Shown one piece after another: positions 39,526 through 49,561 of a DNA stretch of 64,000 bases. Positions within the stretch are counted from its first letter, which is position 1. Every line of letters begins with the position of its first letter. A program made the translations under genes and the position numbers. This stretch comes from an uncultured delta proteobacterium. GTDB lineage: Bacteria > Myxococcota_A > Polyangia > Polyangiales > Polyangiaceae. The stretch covers positions 3,264,001 through 3,328,000 of the forward strand of contig CAWAIF010000003.1 of assembly GCA_963782055.1 (NCBI GenBank), read 5' to 3'. Under the pieces are notes generated by a model that worked only from the letters and a program-made list of their open reading frames with translations, searched no databases and had not been told where the DNA came from.

Positions 39526-41600
39526 TGACCGCGGACAGTCAGCGCGCGCCCCTGCGCCGCGCCCGGGTGGCGAGGCGCTTCCTCGGGCCGCTCGCCCTCG
39601 GGCTGGCGCTCGCCGCCGCGCTCGCGCTCTCGTGCGCGAGCTCTCCCACGCAGGTCGATCCGCGCTTCGTCTCGCTGCACAACGCCTTCGCCGCGATGGG
39701 CCTCGCCCAGGTCGGCCCGGTGCAGCAGGGCAGCCTGGTGGAGGGGCGGGAGGCGCGCCTGCCGCTGCAGCTCACCGCCCAGTGCACCACCGTGGTGGCG
39801 ATGGGCGGCGCGGGCGTGCGCGATCTGGACGTCACCCTGGTGGACGCCTCCAACCACCCCGTGGCGCACGACACCACGCACGACGCGCAGGCGGTGGTCC
39901 GCGCCTGCGTGGACACGCCGGGCACCTACACGATGGTGGTCCGCATGGCCGCAGGCGCGGGGGACTTCCTCGCCGCCACGTGGGTGGGCGGCCTGGGCGG
40001 CACCGGCCCCACGCCGGCCGGCACCGCCGCCGCGCAGACCGCCGACGGCACGTGCGACGCGCCCATTCCCATCGGCGCCGGCAGCTACACCGGCAACACC
40101 TCGCACGGCGACAGCGAGTTCTCCTGCAAGGACCCCGAGTCCACCGGCAAGGAGCTCGTGTACCGCATCGACGTCGCCACGCAGAAGCGCATGACGATCG
40201 AGGTGCTCGCGCACTTCGACTCGGTGCTCTACATCCGGCAGAACGACTGCACGAGCGAGGACGCCGAGGTCAAGTGCAACGACGACGAGGCCGGCAACAA
40301 CAAGGCCTCCAAGGTGGACGTCGTCGTCGACCCGGGCACCTACTACGTGTTCGTCGACGGGTACAACGGCGAGTCGGGCACCTTCCGCATGAACGTGGCG
40401 CTCACCGACGTGCCGTCGGTCGCCGACGTGTGCCGGCAGGCGCACGTGCTGCCCCTCGGGATCACCGTCAACGGCACCACCACCAACGCCTACGACCACG
40501 TGCACGCGTCCTGCGGGGACGACGCCAAGGGCGCCGACATGCCCTTCCACTTCGACGTGGGGCAGCGCTCGCGCGTGCGCATGACCGAGCACTCCGACGA
40601 TTTCGCCCCCATCGTTCACGTGCGGCGCGTCTGCACCGACGACCAGACCGAGGTCGGGTGCTACGACACCACCTCCGCCACGCAGGACAACGAGGCCGCC
40701 TTCGTCGGGATCCTGGACCCCGGCGGCTACACCGTCTTCGCAGACTCCAGCGACGAGAACGCCGACGGTCGCTTCACCCTGACCAGCGAGGTCGCGCCGG
40801 AGACGGGCAGCGGCGCGCCGGGCGACGGCTGCAGCGACGCCGTGCCGCTCGCGCCGCACAGCACCACCGACGTCGACGGGGACACCTTCACCGCCCGCGA
40901 CGACATCGCCGGCAAGTGCAGCGGCGCCGGCGCGGCCGACGTGGTGTACCGCATCGACCTCCCCCGGCGCTCGCGGCTGGAGGTGCGCATGACGCGCGAG
41001 GAGGGGGGAGGGGCTTCCGGCGGGCATGTCTTCGTGCTCCAGCGCACGTGCGGGGACCGCGCGAGCGAGCTCGGGTGCGGCGCCTCCATCGACCAGCTCC
41101 TGCCCGCGGGCACCTACTTCCTCGCGGTGGACGGCGCGACAGCCGCCGGCCTGGGCAAGTTCTCCTTCGAGTACGACGTCGTCGACGTCTCCGCCCAGGA
41201 GAGCGCGTGCAAGACCGCGCCGCTGCTGTCCGACGGCCAGAAGGTGAGCGGCGACACCAGCGGCGCGGGCAATCGCTTCGCCACCTCGTGTGGCGGCGGG
41301 AGGGGGGCCTCCTCGCCGGACAGGCTCTACCGCATCGTCCTCCGGCACCGCGCCACCGTGCGCGTGACGCTCAGCACCCCCACCTGGGACGGCGTGCTCG
41401 CCATCCGGCGCAGCTGTCTGGAGCCGCCCGGCTCCAGCGGGCCGCACACCGCGGAGGCGGTCTGCAACAACGACGCGGAGGACGCGCACCACTCCCGGGC
41501 GACCGCCGTCCTGGACCCGGGCACGTACTACGTGCTGGTGGACGGCCACCGCGTCGGCAACAAGGGCCGCTACACGCTCGAGTACCACGTCCTGCGATGA
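39525..41600 (+). CDS. Lipoprotein with repeated Cys-stapled PPC-like beta-sandwich domains
   Basis: Lipobox LALSC. About four repeats with C...G.T...C...VY...DPGTYYV.VDG. TGATG overlap with the kinase. Confidence 0.78.
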   Translation: MTADSQRAPLRRARVARRFLGPLALGLALAAALALSCASSPTQVDPRFVSLHNAFAAMGLAQVGPVQQGSLVEGREARLPLQLTAQCTTVVAMGGAGVRDLDVTLVDASNHPVAHDTTHDAQAVVRACVDTPGTYTMVVRMAAGAGDFLAATWVGGLGGTGPTPAGTAAAQTADGTCDAPIPIGAGSYTGNTSHGDSEFSCKDPESTGKELVYRIDVATQKRMTIEVLAHFDSVLYIRQNDCTSEDAEVKCNDDEAGNNKASKVDVVVDPGTYYVFVDGYNGESGTFRMNVALTDVPSVADVCRQAHVLPLGITVNGTTTNAYDHVHASCGDDAKGADMPFHFDVGQRSRVRMTEHSDDFAPIVHVRRVCTDDQTEVGCYDTTSATQDNEAAFVGILDPGGYTVFADSSDENADGRFTLTSEVAPETGSGAPGDGCSDAVPLAPHSTTDVDGDTFTARDDIAGKCSGAGAADVVYRIDLPRRSRLEVRMTREEGGGASGGHVFVLQRTCGDRASELGCGASIDQLLPAGTYFLAVDGATAAGLGKFSFEYDVVDVSAQESACKTAPLLSDGQKVSGDTSGAGNRFATSCGGGRGASSPDRLYRIVLRHRATVRVTLSTPTWDGVLAIRRSCLEPPGSSGPHTAEAVCNNDAEDAHHSRATAVLDPGTYYVLVDGHRVGNKGRYTLEYHVLR

Positions 41601-41642
41601 CGCGTGCTCGCCCTCGAGCACGACGGACCGCCCGACGGCGGA

Positions 41643-41858
41643 TCACGCCATGCGGCGCGCGTACCGGTACGCCGTGAAGGCGGCGATGACGTGACAGATC
41701 CACCCGAGCGTGCCGCCGGAGCCGATCCACAGGCCGGGCGTCACGATGAGCCAGAACAGCCCGCGCAGGAAGGCGCCGTTGTAGAACTGGCCGACCCCCG
41801 GCACGAAGAAGGAAAGCACGGCCGCCAGGCCGGGATGCGATAGACGTCGATCCGCCAT
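41643..41858 (-). CDS. Small membrane protein (TM2/DUF5683-like)
   Basis: HPGLAAVLSFFVPGVGQFYNG motif. AAGGGA RBS 7 nt upstream. Confidence 0.78.
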   Translation of the reverse strand: MADRRLSHPGLAAVLSFFVPGVGQFYNGAFLRGLFWLIVTPGLWIGSGGTLGWICHVIAAFTAYRYARRMA

Positions 41859-43037
41859 GAAGAAGTCCCTTTCGACCCATCAACATGGTGACCGCGCGAC
41901 CCCCGCGCAAGACGCGATCGTCGCGATCGTACGGCGGGAGCTCGGGCGCTGGTACCGCGCGTGCAAGCGCGATCTGCCCTGGCGCGCCACGCGCGACCCG
42001 TACCGCATCTGGCTGAGCGAGGTGATGCTCCAGCAGACGCGCGTGGAGACGGTGATCCCGTACTACGAGCGCTTCCTCGCGGCCTTCCCGACGGTCGTCT
42101 CCCTGGCGGAGGCGCCGCTCGACGCCGTGCTCGCGCGGTGGAGCGGCCTCGGCTACTACCGCCGCGCCCGGCTGCTGCACGAGGGGGCGCGGCAGGTCGC
42201 CCGCGATCACGGCGGCCGCCTGCCGCGGAGCGCGGAGGGGCTTCGCGCCATCCGCGGCGTCGGGCGCTACACCGCCGGGGCGGTGGCGAGCATCGCCTTC
42301 GGCCTCCGCGAGCCGCTCCTCGACGGCAACGTGGCGCGCGTCCTCGCGCGCGTCTTCGTGGTGAAGGGCGACGCGCGGGGCGCGAAGGGGCAGGCCCGCC
42401 TCTGGGCGTTCGCCGGAGATCTGGTCGCCGGCAGCGCGGAGCCCGGCGATCTGAACCAGGCGCTGATGGAGCTCGGGGCGCTGGTGTGCACGCCGCGCGC
42501 GCCGCGGTGCGAGGCGTGCCCGGTGGCCACAGCGTGTGGGGCGCGCCGCCTCGGGCTGCAGGCGTCGCTCCCCGTCCTGGCGAAGAAGAAGGCGCCGGTG
42601 GCGTGGGCGCGCGTCGCGGTGGTGGCGCGTCGCGGTCCGGCGGTGCTGCTGGCGCGGCGGCAGGAGTCGCTCCTCTTCGGCGGGATGTGGGAGCCCCCCA
42701 TGACCAATCTCGCGGGCGACACGCCCCCGCTGGAGGCCGCGTCGGCGCTCGTCTCGCTGCGGGGCGCGCGCGTCACGGGGACGGTGGTGCACGTCCTCTC
42801 GCACCGCCGCATGACGGTGACGGTCGTGGCGGGGGAGCTGCGCGCCACGCCGCGGCGCCTCACCGGCGGCGAGTACTCCCGGTGCGAGCCGGTGACGCCG
42901 GCGGCGCTGGAGGAGCGCGCCCTGAGCACGCTGGCGCGCAAGGTGCTGCGCGCGGCGGAGGCCCCCTCCGCGCCGGCCTCGCCCCGGGCCGACGGGCGTA
43001 GGCAGCGCGGCGGGAAGGCGCTATCGTCCAGGGCCCG

Positions 43038-43041
<4 letters not shown>
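41857..43041 (+). CDS. mutY: A/G-specific adenine glycosylase
   Basis: RDLPWR, SEVMLQQT, WSGLGYY.RAR, HhH GVGRYTA, DGNVARV, Fe-S CTPRAPRCEACPVATAC. Start uncertain. Confidence 0.94.
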
Positions 43042-44507
<1,466 letters not shown>

Positions 44508-44534
44508 AGACCCCCGCCGCGCCGGTCTTGGCCT

Positions 44535-44562
44535 TTGACTCGCCGGGAAGCGTTGCTAGTGT
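44535..44562 (+). promoter_or_regulatory. Sigma70-type promoter of the TolC gene
   Basis: TTGACT-N16-TAGTGT with a TG extension, 13 nt before ATG 44576. Confidence 0.45.
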
Positions 44563-44575
44563 CGGCCCCCGAACG

Positions 44576-46033
44576 ATGCGCGCTCCGCAACGGCTCATCG
44601 CGTCCGGCCTGATCGCCGCGGGGCTCCTGTCTCCGGCGCTCGTCCACGCCGGCGATTTCGACCTGGACGACGATGACTCGTCGGCTCCGGCGAACACCGC
44701 ACCCCCGGTCAACGCGCCCCTGCCGCCGGCGAAGCACCGCACCTACAGCCTGGCGGAGTGCCTCGCCCTGGCGGACCGCAACCACCCGAACATCTGGGCG
44801 GCGCGGGCGCGCCTGGGCTACGCCCGCGGCCAGCTGGACGAGGCGCGCTACACGCCCTGGTTCAACTGGTCGGCCACCGCGGGCACCGGCGTCCTGCCGA
44901 CGGTCGGCGGGAGCCTCGGGTACACCTCCTACAACGTCAACGACCTGCTCAACCCGTCCTTCGCCAGCGGGTACCAGCCCTTCTTCAACTTCCGCATCGA
45001 CATCAACCTGCCCATCTTCACCTTCGGCAAGATCTCCTCCGCGCTGGACATGGCGCACGCCAACGTGCGCGTCTCGGAGTGGGACATGGAGAAGAACCGG
45101 GCGGCGGTGCGGATGGACGTGCGCCGCGCGTACTTCGGGGTCATGTTCGCGCGCGACGCGCGCTACCTCTCCAAGGAGGTCATCGGCAAGCTGGACAAGG
45201 CCATCGCCAGCATCACCGAGCGCCTGGACAAGGGCGACACCTCGGTGGAGGAGGCCGACAAGATGCGCCTCGTCCTCTACAAGGACGAGACCCTGGCCCG
45301 CTCCGCCGACGCCGACCGCGGGGAGACCTACGGCCTCGCGGCCCTGCGCTTCCTCACGGGCGTCCAGAAGAACTTCGACATCCCCGACGAGCCGCTCAAG
45401 CGCCCGGACACGCCCATCGGGCCGGTGGTGAGCTACCTCGCCGCGGCGCGCCTCTTCCGCCCGGAGGTCAACATGGCGCGGGCCGGCGTGGCCGCGCGGC
45501 GGGGGCAGCTCGCCCTTCAGCGCGCGCGCTACTTCCCCGACATCGGCCTGAACCTGAACGCGTCCTACGCGGTGGCGCCCAGCATCGTCGGGCAGAGCAA
45601 CGCCTTCGCGTCGAACAACCAGAACTACTTCGGCTACGGCTTCTTCATCGGTGCCCGGTGGAGCCTCGATCTCGTCACCAACTCCGCGCGCGTCGAGGAG
45701 GTGGAGTCGCAGGTGGAGGAGGCGCGCGCGCTCGAGCGCCTCGCCCTCGGCGGCATCGGGGTGGAGGTGGAGGCCGCCTACGCCGCCGTCAAGGAGGCGA
45801 ACACGCGCGAGCAGCACTGGGACCACGCCGAGCACAAGGCGCGCGAGTGGATCGCGAGCGTGCAGAGCGCCATCGACCTCGGGACCAAGGACGACCGCGC
45901 GCTCATCGAGCCGCTGCGCTCGTACGTGTACGCGAAGCTGGAGCACACCCGCGCGCTCATGGACCTGAACATCGCGATGAGCGATCTGGCCCGCGTGACC
46001 GGCTGGGACTCCGCCGCGCCGACGGGGAGCTGA
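44576..46033 (+). CDS. TolC family outer membrane efflux protein
   Basis: Signal peptide, SLAECLALADRNHP, LPIFTFGK, two OEP repeats (RPEV...YFPDI). Confidence 0.85.
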   Translation: MRAPQRLIASGLIAAGLLSPALVHAGDFDLDDDDSSAPANTAPPVNAPLPPAKHRTYSLAECLALADRNHPNIWAARARLGYARGQLDEARYTPWFNWSATAGTGVLPTVGGSLGYTSYNVNDLLNPSFASGYQPFFNFRIDINLPIFTFGKISSALDMAHANVRVSEWDMEKNRAAVRMDVRRAYFGVMFARDARYLSKEVIGKLDKAIASITERLDKGDTSVEEADKMRLVLYKDETLARSADADRGETYGLAALRFLTGVQKNFDIPDEPLKRPDTPIGPVVSYLAAARLFRPEVNMARAGVAARRGQLALQRARYFPDIGLNLNASYAVAPSIVGQSNAFASNNQNYFGYGFFIGARWSLDLVTNSARVEEVESQVEEARALERLALGGIGVEVEAAYAAVKEANTREQHWDHAEHKAREWIASVQSAIDLGTKDDRALIEPLRSYVYAKLEHTRALMDLNIAMSDLARVTGWDSAAPTGS

Positions 46034-46051
46034 GGCGAAGGTCGAGTCGAG

Positions 46052-47452
46052 TCAGAGCGGGCAGGTGGCCAGGGACAGGACGGCCAGGACGCGGGCGCGG
46101 ACCAGGTCGAAGTCGCGCAGGGCGAGGGTGATCTCCGCCTGCCGAAGCGCGACGGCGCTCGTCACCAGGTCGAGGCTCGTCCCTTGACCCGTCAAGAATC
46201 CGGCGCGGGTGAGCTTGTCCTGCTTGTCCGCCAGGTCACGCGCGCGAGTGGCGATGTCGCGCGCCTGCTGGGCCACCTTCACCGCGCGCTGCGACTGCAC
46301 CACCTCGATGAGCGCCTGCCGCCGCGCCGCGCCGAGTCGCTCCTGCGCCTCGTTCACCTGCGCCTCGCCGTCGTGCAGGGCGCCGTAGCGGTACCCGCCG
46401 TCCCAGAGGGTCCACGAGAGCACGCCCTGCAGGTTCCACGTGACCTGGGGCGAGTTCTGCGAGGTGATGGTGGAGGTGCTGATCCCGCTCTGCGCGGTGA
46501 GCGTGGGCAGGAACTGCGACTTGGCGTCGATGACCGAGCGCTTCGCCACGTCCACCCGGGTGCGCGCGGCGACGACGTCGGGGCGCTGGTCCACGGACTG
46601 GGCCACCTGGCACCGCGCGATGACGTCGTTGACGACGCCCTGCAGGTCCACGTCGTGGGCGACGCCGACGGGCTCGGCGTACCCGAGCGCCAGGCCGAGC
46701 GCCTCGCGCGCCTGGCGGAGCGACTCGTCCCCGGAGACCAGGGTCGCCCGCGCCGCCTCCACGTCCGACTGGGCGCGGACGACGTCCAGGCCGGTGCCGG
46801 CGCCGAGGTTCAGCCGGCGCTTGGCGAGCTCCAGCCGCTCCAGCGCGTTGCGCAGGCCGACGCGGTTCAGCTCCGCCACGCGCTCGGCGGTCGCCACCGA
46901 GAGCACCGAGCTCGCCGTGGTGCTGGCGAGCGTGCGCCTCAGGTCGTCGAGCGAGGCCTTGGCGATGTCGATGCCGAGGGAGGCGGTCTTGATGCTGTTC
47001 CACGCGCGCGGGGCGAAGATGGGCAGGCTGAAGGAGAGGTTGCCCGAGAGGTACTGGGGCGTGGGCGAGGTGACGGTGCGGAAGGTGGGGTTGCCCTGCG
47101 CGTCGACGCCGACGAAGGCGCTGTCCTGGGTGATGAAGTTGAGCGTGGCCGTCCCGTTCGCCGTGATGCTGCCCAGGATGCCGGCGAGCGCCTCGCGCCG
47201 CTGCGCCTCGGCGCGCGCGACCTCCTGCACGGCGACGTGAAGATCCGCCGACCGCCCGCGGAGCTCGGCGGCGATCTGGTCCCACGACGAGACGACGCGC
47301 GCCGGCGGAGGCACGGGCGCGAGCATCGGATCGTCCACCTTGGGTGGCGGAGGGAGCTCCGGCTGGCCGACGACCACGTCCCCCTGCGCGAGCGCGAGCG
47401 AGGGCAGCAGCGACACGGCGACGGCGACGGCGACGATGGTGAGTGCGCGCAT
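46052..47452 (-). CDS. TolC family outer membrane efflux protein
   Basis: Signal peptide, LPIF, GTGLDVVRAQ, QRPDV..A, FLPTL, WTLWDGG, GTSLDLV. Confidence 0.88.
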   Translation of the reverse strand: MRALTIVAVAVAVSLLPSLALAQGDVVVGQPELPPPPKVDDPMLAPVPPPARVVSSWDQIAAELRGRSADLHVAVQEVARAEAQRREALAGILGSITANGTATLNFITQDSAFVGVDAQGNPTFRTVTSPTPQYLSGNLSFSLPIFAPRAWNSIKTASLGIDIAKASLDDLRRTLASTTASSVLSVATAERVAELNRVGLRNALERLELAKRRLNLGAGTGLDVVRAQSDVEAARATLVSGDESLRQAREALGLALGYAEPVGVAHDVDLQGVVNDVIARCQVAQSVDQRPDVVAARTRVDVAKRSVIDAKSQFLPTLTAQSGISTSTITSQNSPQVTWNLQGVLSWTLWDGGYRYGALHDGEAQVNEAQERLGAARRQALIEVVQSQRAVKVAQQARDIATRARDLADKQDKLTRAGFLTGQGTSLDLVTSAVALRQAEITLALRDFDLVRARVLAVLSLATCPL

Positions 47453-47545
47453 GCCGAAGGGGTAGTCTCTCGCCGTCAACGTGCCAAGCGCGACGCGTCT
47501 TCCCGCATGCAAAGTAGTGTTTGGAGCGGCTGCGGGGGCGGGCGC

Positions 47546-48562
47546 TCAGCCGCGGACCTGGACGCGACCGCGCACCGAGGCGAGGCGGTGGCGAAGGCTC
47601 CCGACGCTCACCCGGAAGCAGGCGGCGACCTCCGCCTGCGTCAGCGGGATGCGTGCAGACTGCACGACCGCGTACGCCGCCGCGGCCGCGAGGCCCTGCG
47701 CGCCCTGCGCGTCCACGGGCGGGCGCCGCAGCGCCGCGTCGCGGGCGATGGTTCGGGCCGTGCGGCGCTGGGGCTCGTCGAGCGGGAGGCGCGCCAGCCC
47801 GCGCGCGAGGGCGCGGTCCACCCACGACCAGGGGGCGAGCGACGGCTCCGGCTCCGGCTCCTGGTCGGCCCACCCGTCGCGCGGGAGCGACCCGCTCAGC
47901 GACTCCTCCGCCCAGCCGTGCGTGTCCGGCGGGGAGGCGCGCAGCTTCACCGGCACGTGCTCGCCGTCGCCGTCGGCGTCGTCGGTGAGCCAGCGCCAGA
48001 GCGCCTGCTCCTCCCGCGAGGCGCCCTTGCGCATCGCCCTGGAGAGCACGCGCCTCGCCTCCGCCCGGGCGCCGCTGCGGCCCAGCGCGTGGGCCAGCGA
48101 GGAGGCGACCTCCCGGTTGTGGCCGGTGCTGCGGTACGCAGAGCGGAGGTGCGACACGGCCTGTCGGGGGCGATCCAGCGCCACGTCCAGCAGGTGCCCC
48201 AGGTTGTGCGCGTACCAGGGGTTGGCTGGCGCGCACGCGAGCGCCTTCTCGAAGGAGGCGGCCGCGTAGCGGTAGTGGCCGAGGAGCGACTGGCTCAATC
48301 CGAGGGCGGCCCACCCGCGGTCGTCCTGCGGGCGCTCGAGGGTGACCCGGCGCGCGTGCACGGCGGCGCGCCAGGGATCGCGCTCGAGGAGGATCTCGGC
48401 GAGCTGCCGGTGCGCGAAGACGTGGTCGTCGGAGCCGGGCTCCGCGGCGCGCGCCAGCTTGTGCAGAAGCGGCAGCACGCGCCTCGGGTCGAGAGAGGTG
48501 CGGAGGGCGAGCTCCACGTCGCCCCGCATCCGTTGGCTCTCGGACCCCTGGCCCTCGGTCAT
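47546..48562 (-). CDS. TPR protein with C-terminal TFIIB/cyclin-like helical domain
   Basis: TPRs (WAALGLSQSLLGHYRYAAASFEKAL, YAHNLGHLL). C-terminal GLAAAAAY...LTQAEVA..FRVSVGSLRHRL. Confidence 0.75.
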   Translation of the reverse strand: MTEGQGSESQRMRGDVELALRTSLDPRRVLPLLHKLARAAEPGSDDHVFAHRQLAEILLERDPWRAAVHARRVTLERPQDDRGWAALGLSQSLLGHYRYAAASFEKALACAPANPWYAHNLGHLLDVALDRPRQAVSHLRSAYRSTGHNREVASSLAHALGRSGARAEARRVLSRAMRKGASREEQALWRWLTDDADGDGEHVPVKLRASPPDTHGWAEESLSGSLPRDGWADQEPEPEPSLAPWSWVDRALARGLARLPLDEPQRRTARTIARDAALRRPPVDAQGAQGLAAAAAYAVVQSARIPLTQAEVAACFRVSVGSLRHRLASVRGRVQVRG

Positions 48563-48689
48563 CGTCTTCCGGTGTACCTTCCGATACGACCTCGTGCAAC
48601 GTGAAGCGCGCGTGTTTCTCACGTCGTGTCGAAAGGGCTTGCGCGATCGAAAAGATCTCGCTCACGCCGCGGGGCGCGCGTGAGCCATC

Positions 48690-49466
48690 TCACCGGAAGC
48701 CGATGACACGCTGTTGCAACAGCTCGTAGAGGATGCGCAGCGCATCGAGCGGCGGCATGCCGCTCACGTCGAGGATCTGCTCCAGGCTGGAGATGCCGTC
48801 GACGTGCGAGAGGACGAAGCCGGCGCGGTGGTCCAGACTGAGCCACCGCAGCTGCTCGCGGGGGACCGCGACGAAGGCGACGCGGTCGAGCGGGCCGATG
48901 CGCGCGGTGTACATCTGCTCGAGCACGACGCGGCAGCTCTCCGCCATCTTCTGCGCTTCGTCGTGATCCGGGTCCTCGTCGAGGAGCGACTCGGCCACCA
49001 CAAGCGCGCCGGAGTAGTCGCCGAGGGAGAAGCGGTCGTGCATCTCCCGGACGGGGTCGTAGGGCGTGGGCGAGGAGCCGGTCGCGAGCGGGACGGCCTC
49101 CGCGGGCGCGCTGCGGTCCGCCTCCTGCGCGACGAGGTCGAGCGCGTCGGCGTCCAGGCCGAGGCCGCCGGCGCCGTCGGCGAGCGAGAGCAGGCTGGCG
49201 CGGCGCATCGCCGCGTCGGAGAGCGAAGGCGGGGGAGGGGGATCGCTCGGGAGCGTCAGCGAGCGGATGCGCGCGTCCTCCAGCTCCGCCTCGTTGCTGA
49301 TGGTGGCCTGGCGGCTGCGAGGAGATGACGACATCTCCGACGCGGAGTCGAGGCGCAGCACCGGCGGCGTCTCCCGCTTGCCGGCGTCGGGCGGCACGAC
49401 GGTCGGCCGCTCCTGCTCCGGGTCCGGCCACTCCTCGTCGATGTTCTCGTCGTCCTCGATCATCAC
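48690..49466 (-). CDS. Myxobacterial hypothetical protein with C-terminal winged-helix-like domain
   Basis: Acidic/Pro-rich N-terminus, one TPR-like unit (LGDYSGALVVAE), C-terminal AGFVLSHVDG..SLEQILDVSGM. Start uncertain. Confidence 0.75.
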   Translation of the reverse strand: MMIEDDENIDEEWPDPEQERPTVVPPDAGKRETPPVLRLDSASEMSSSPRSRQATISNEAELEDARIRSLTLPSDPPPPPSLSDAAMRRASLLSLADGAGGLGLDADALDLVAQEADRSAPAEAVPLATGSSPTPYDPVREMHDRFSLGDYSGALVVAESLLDEDPDHDEAQKMAESCRVVLEQMYTARIGPLDRVAFVAVPREQLRWLSLDHRAGFVLSHVDGISSLEQILDVSGMPPLDALRILYELLQQRVIGFR

Positions 49467-49561
49467 CTAGGTCCCGCGTCTCCGCGCACCGCGGTCACCG
49501 ACGTTTCGGCCCGCGCCCGCCTGCGGCTCGGGCCCGGAGTCCGTGAAAAGCTCGCGCGCGG

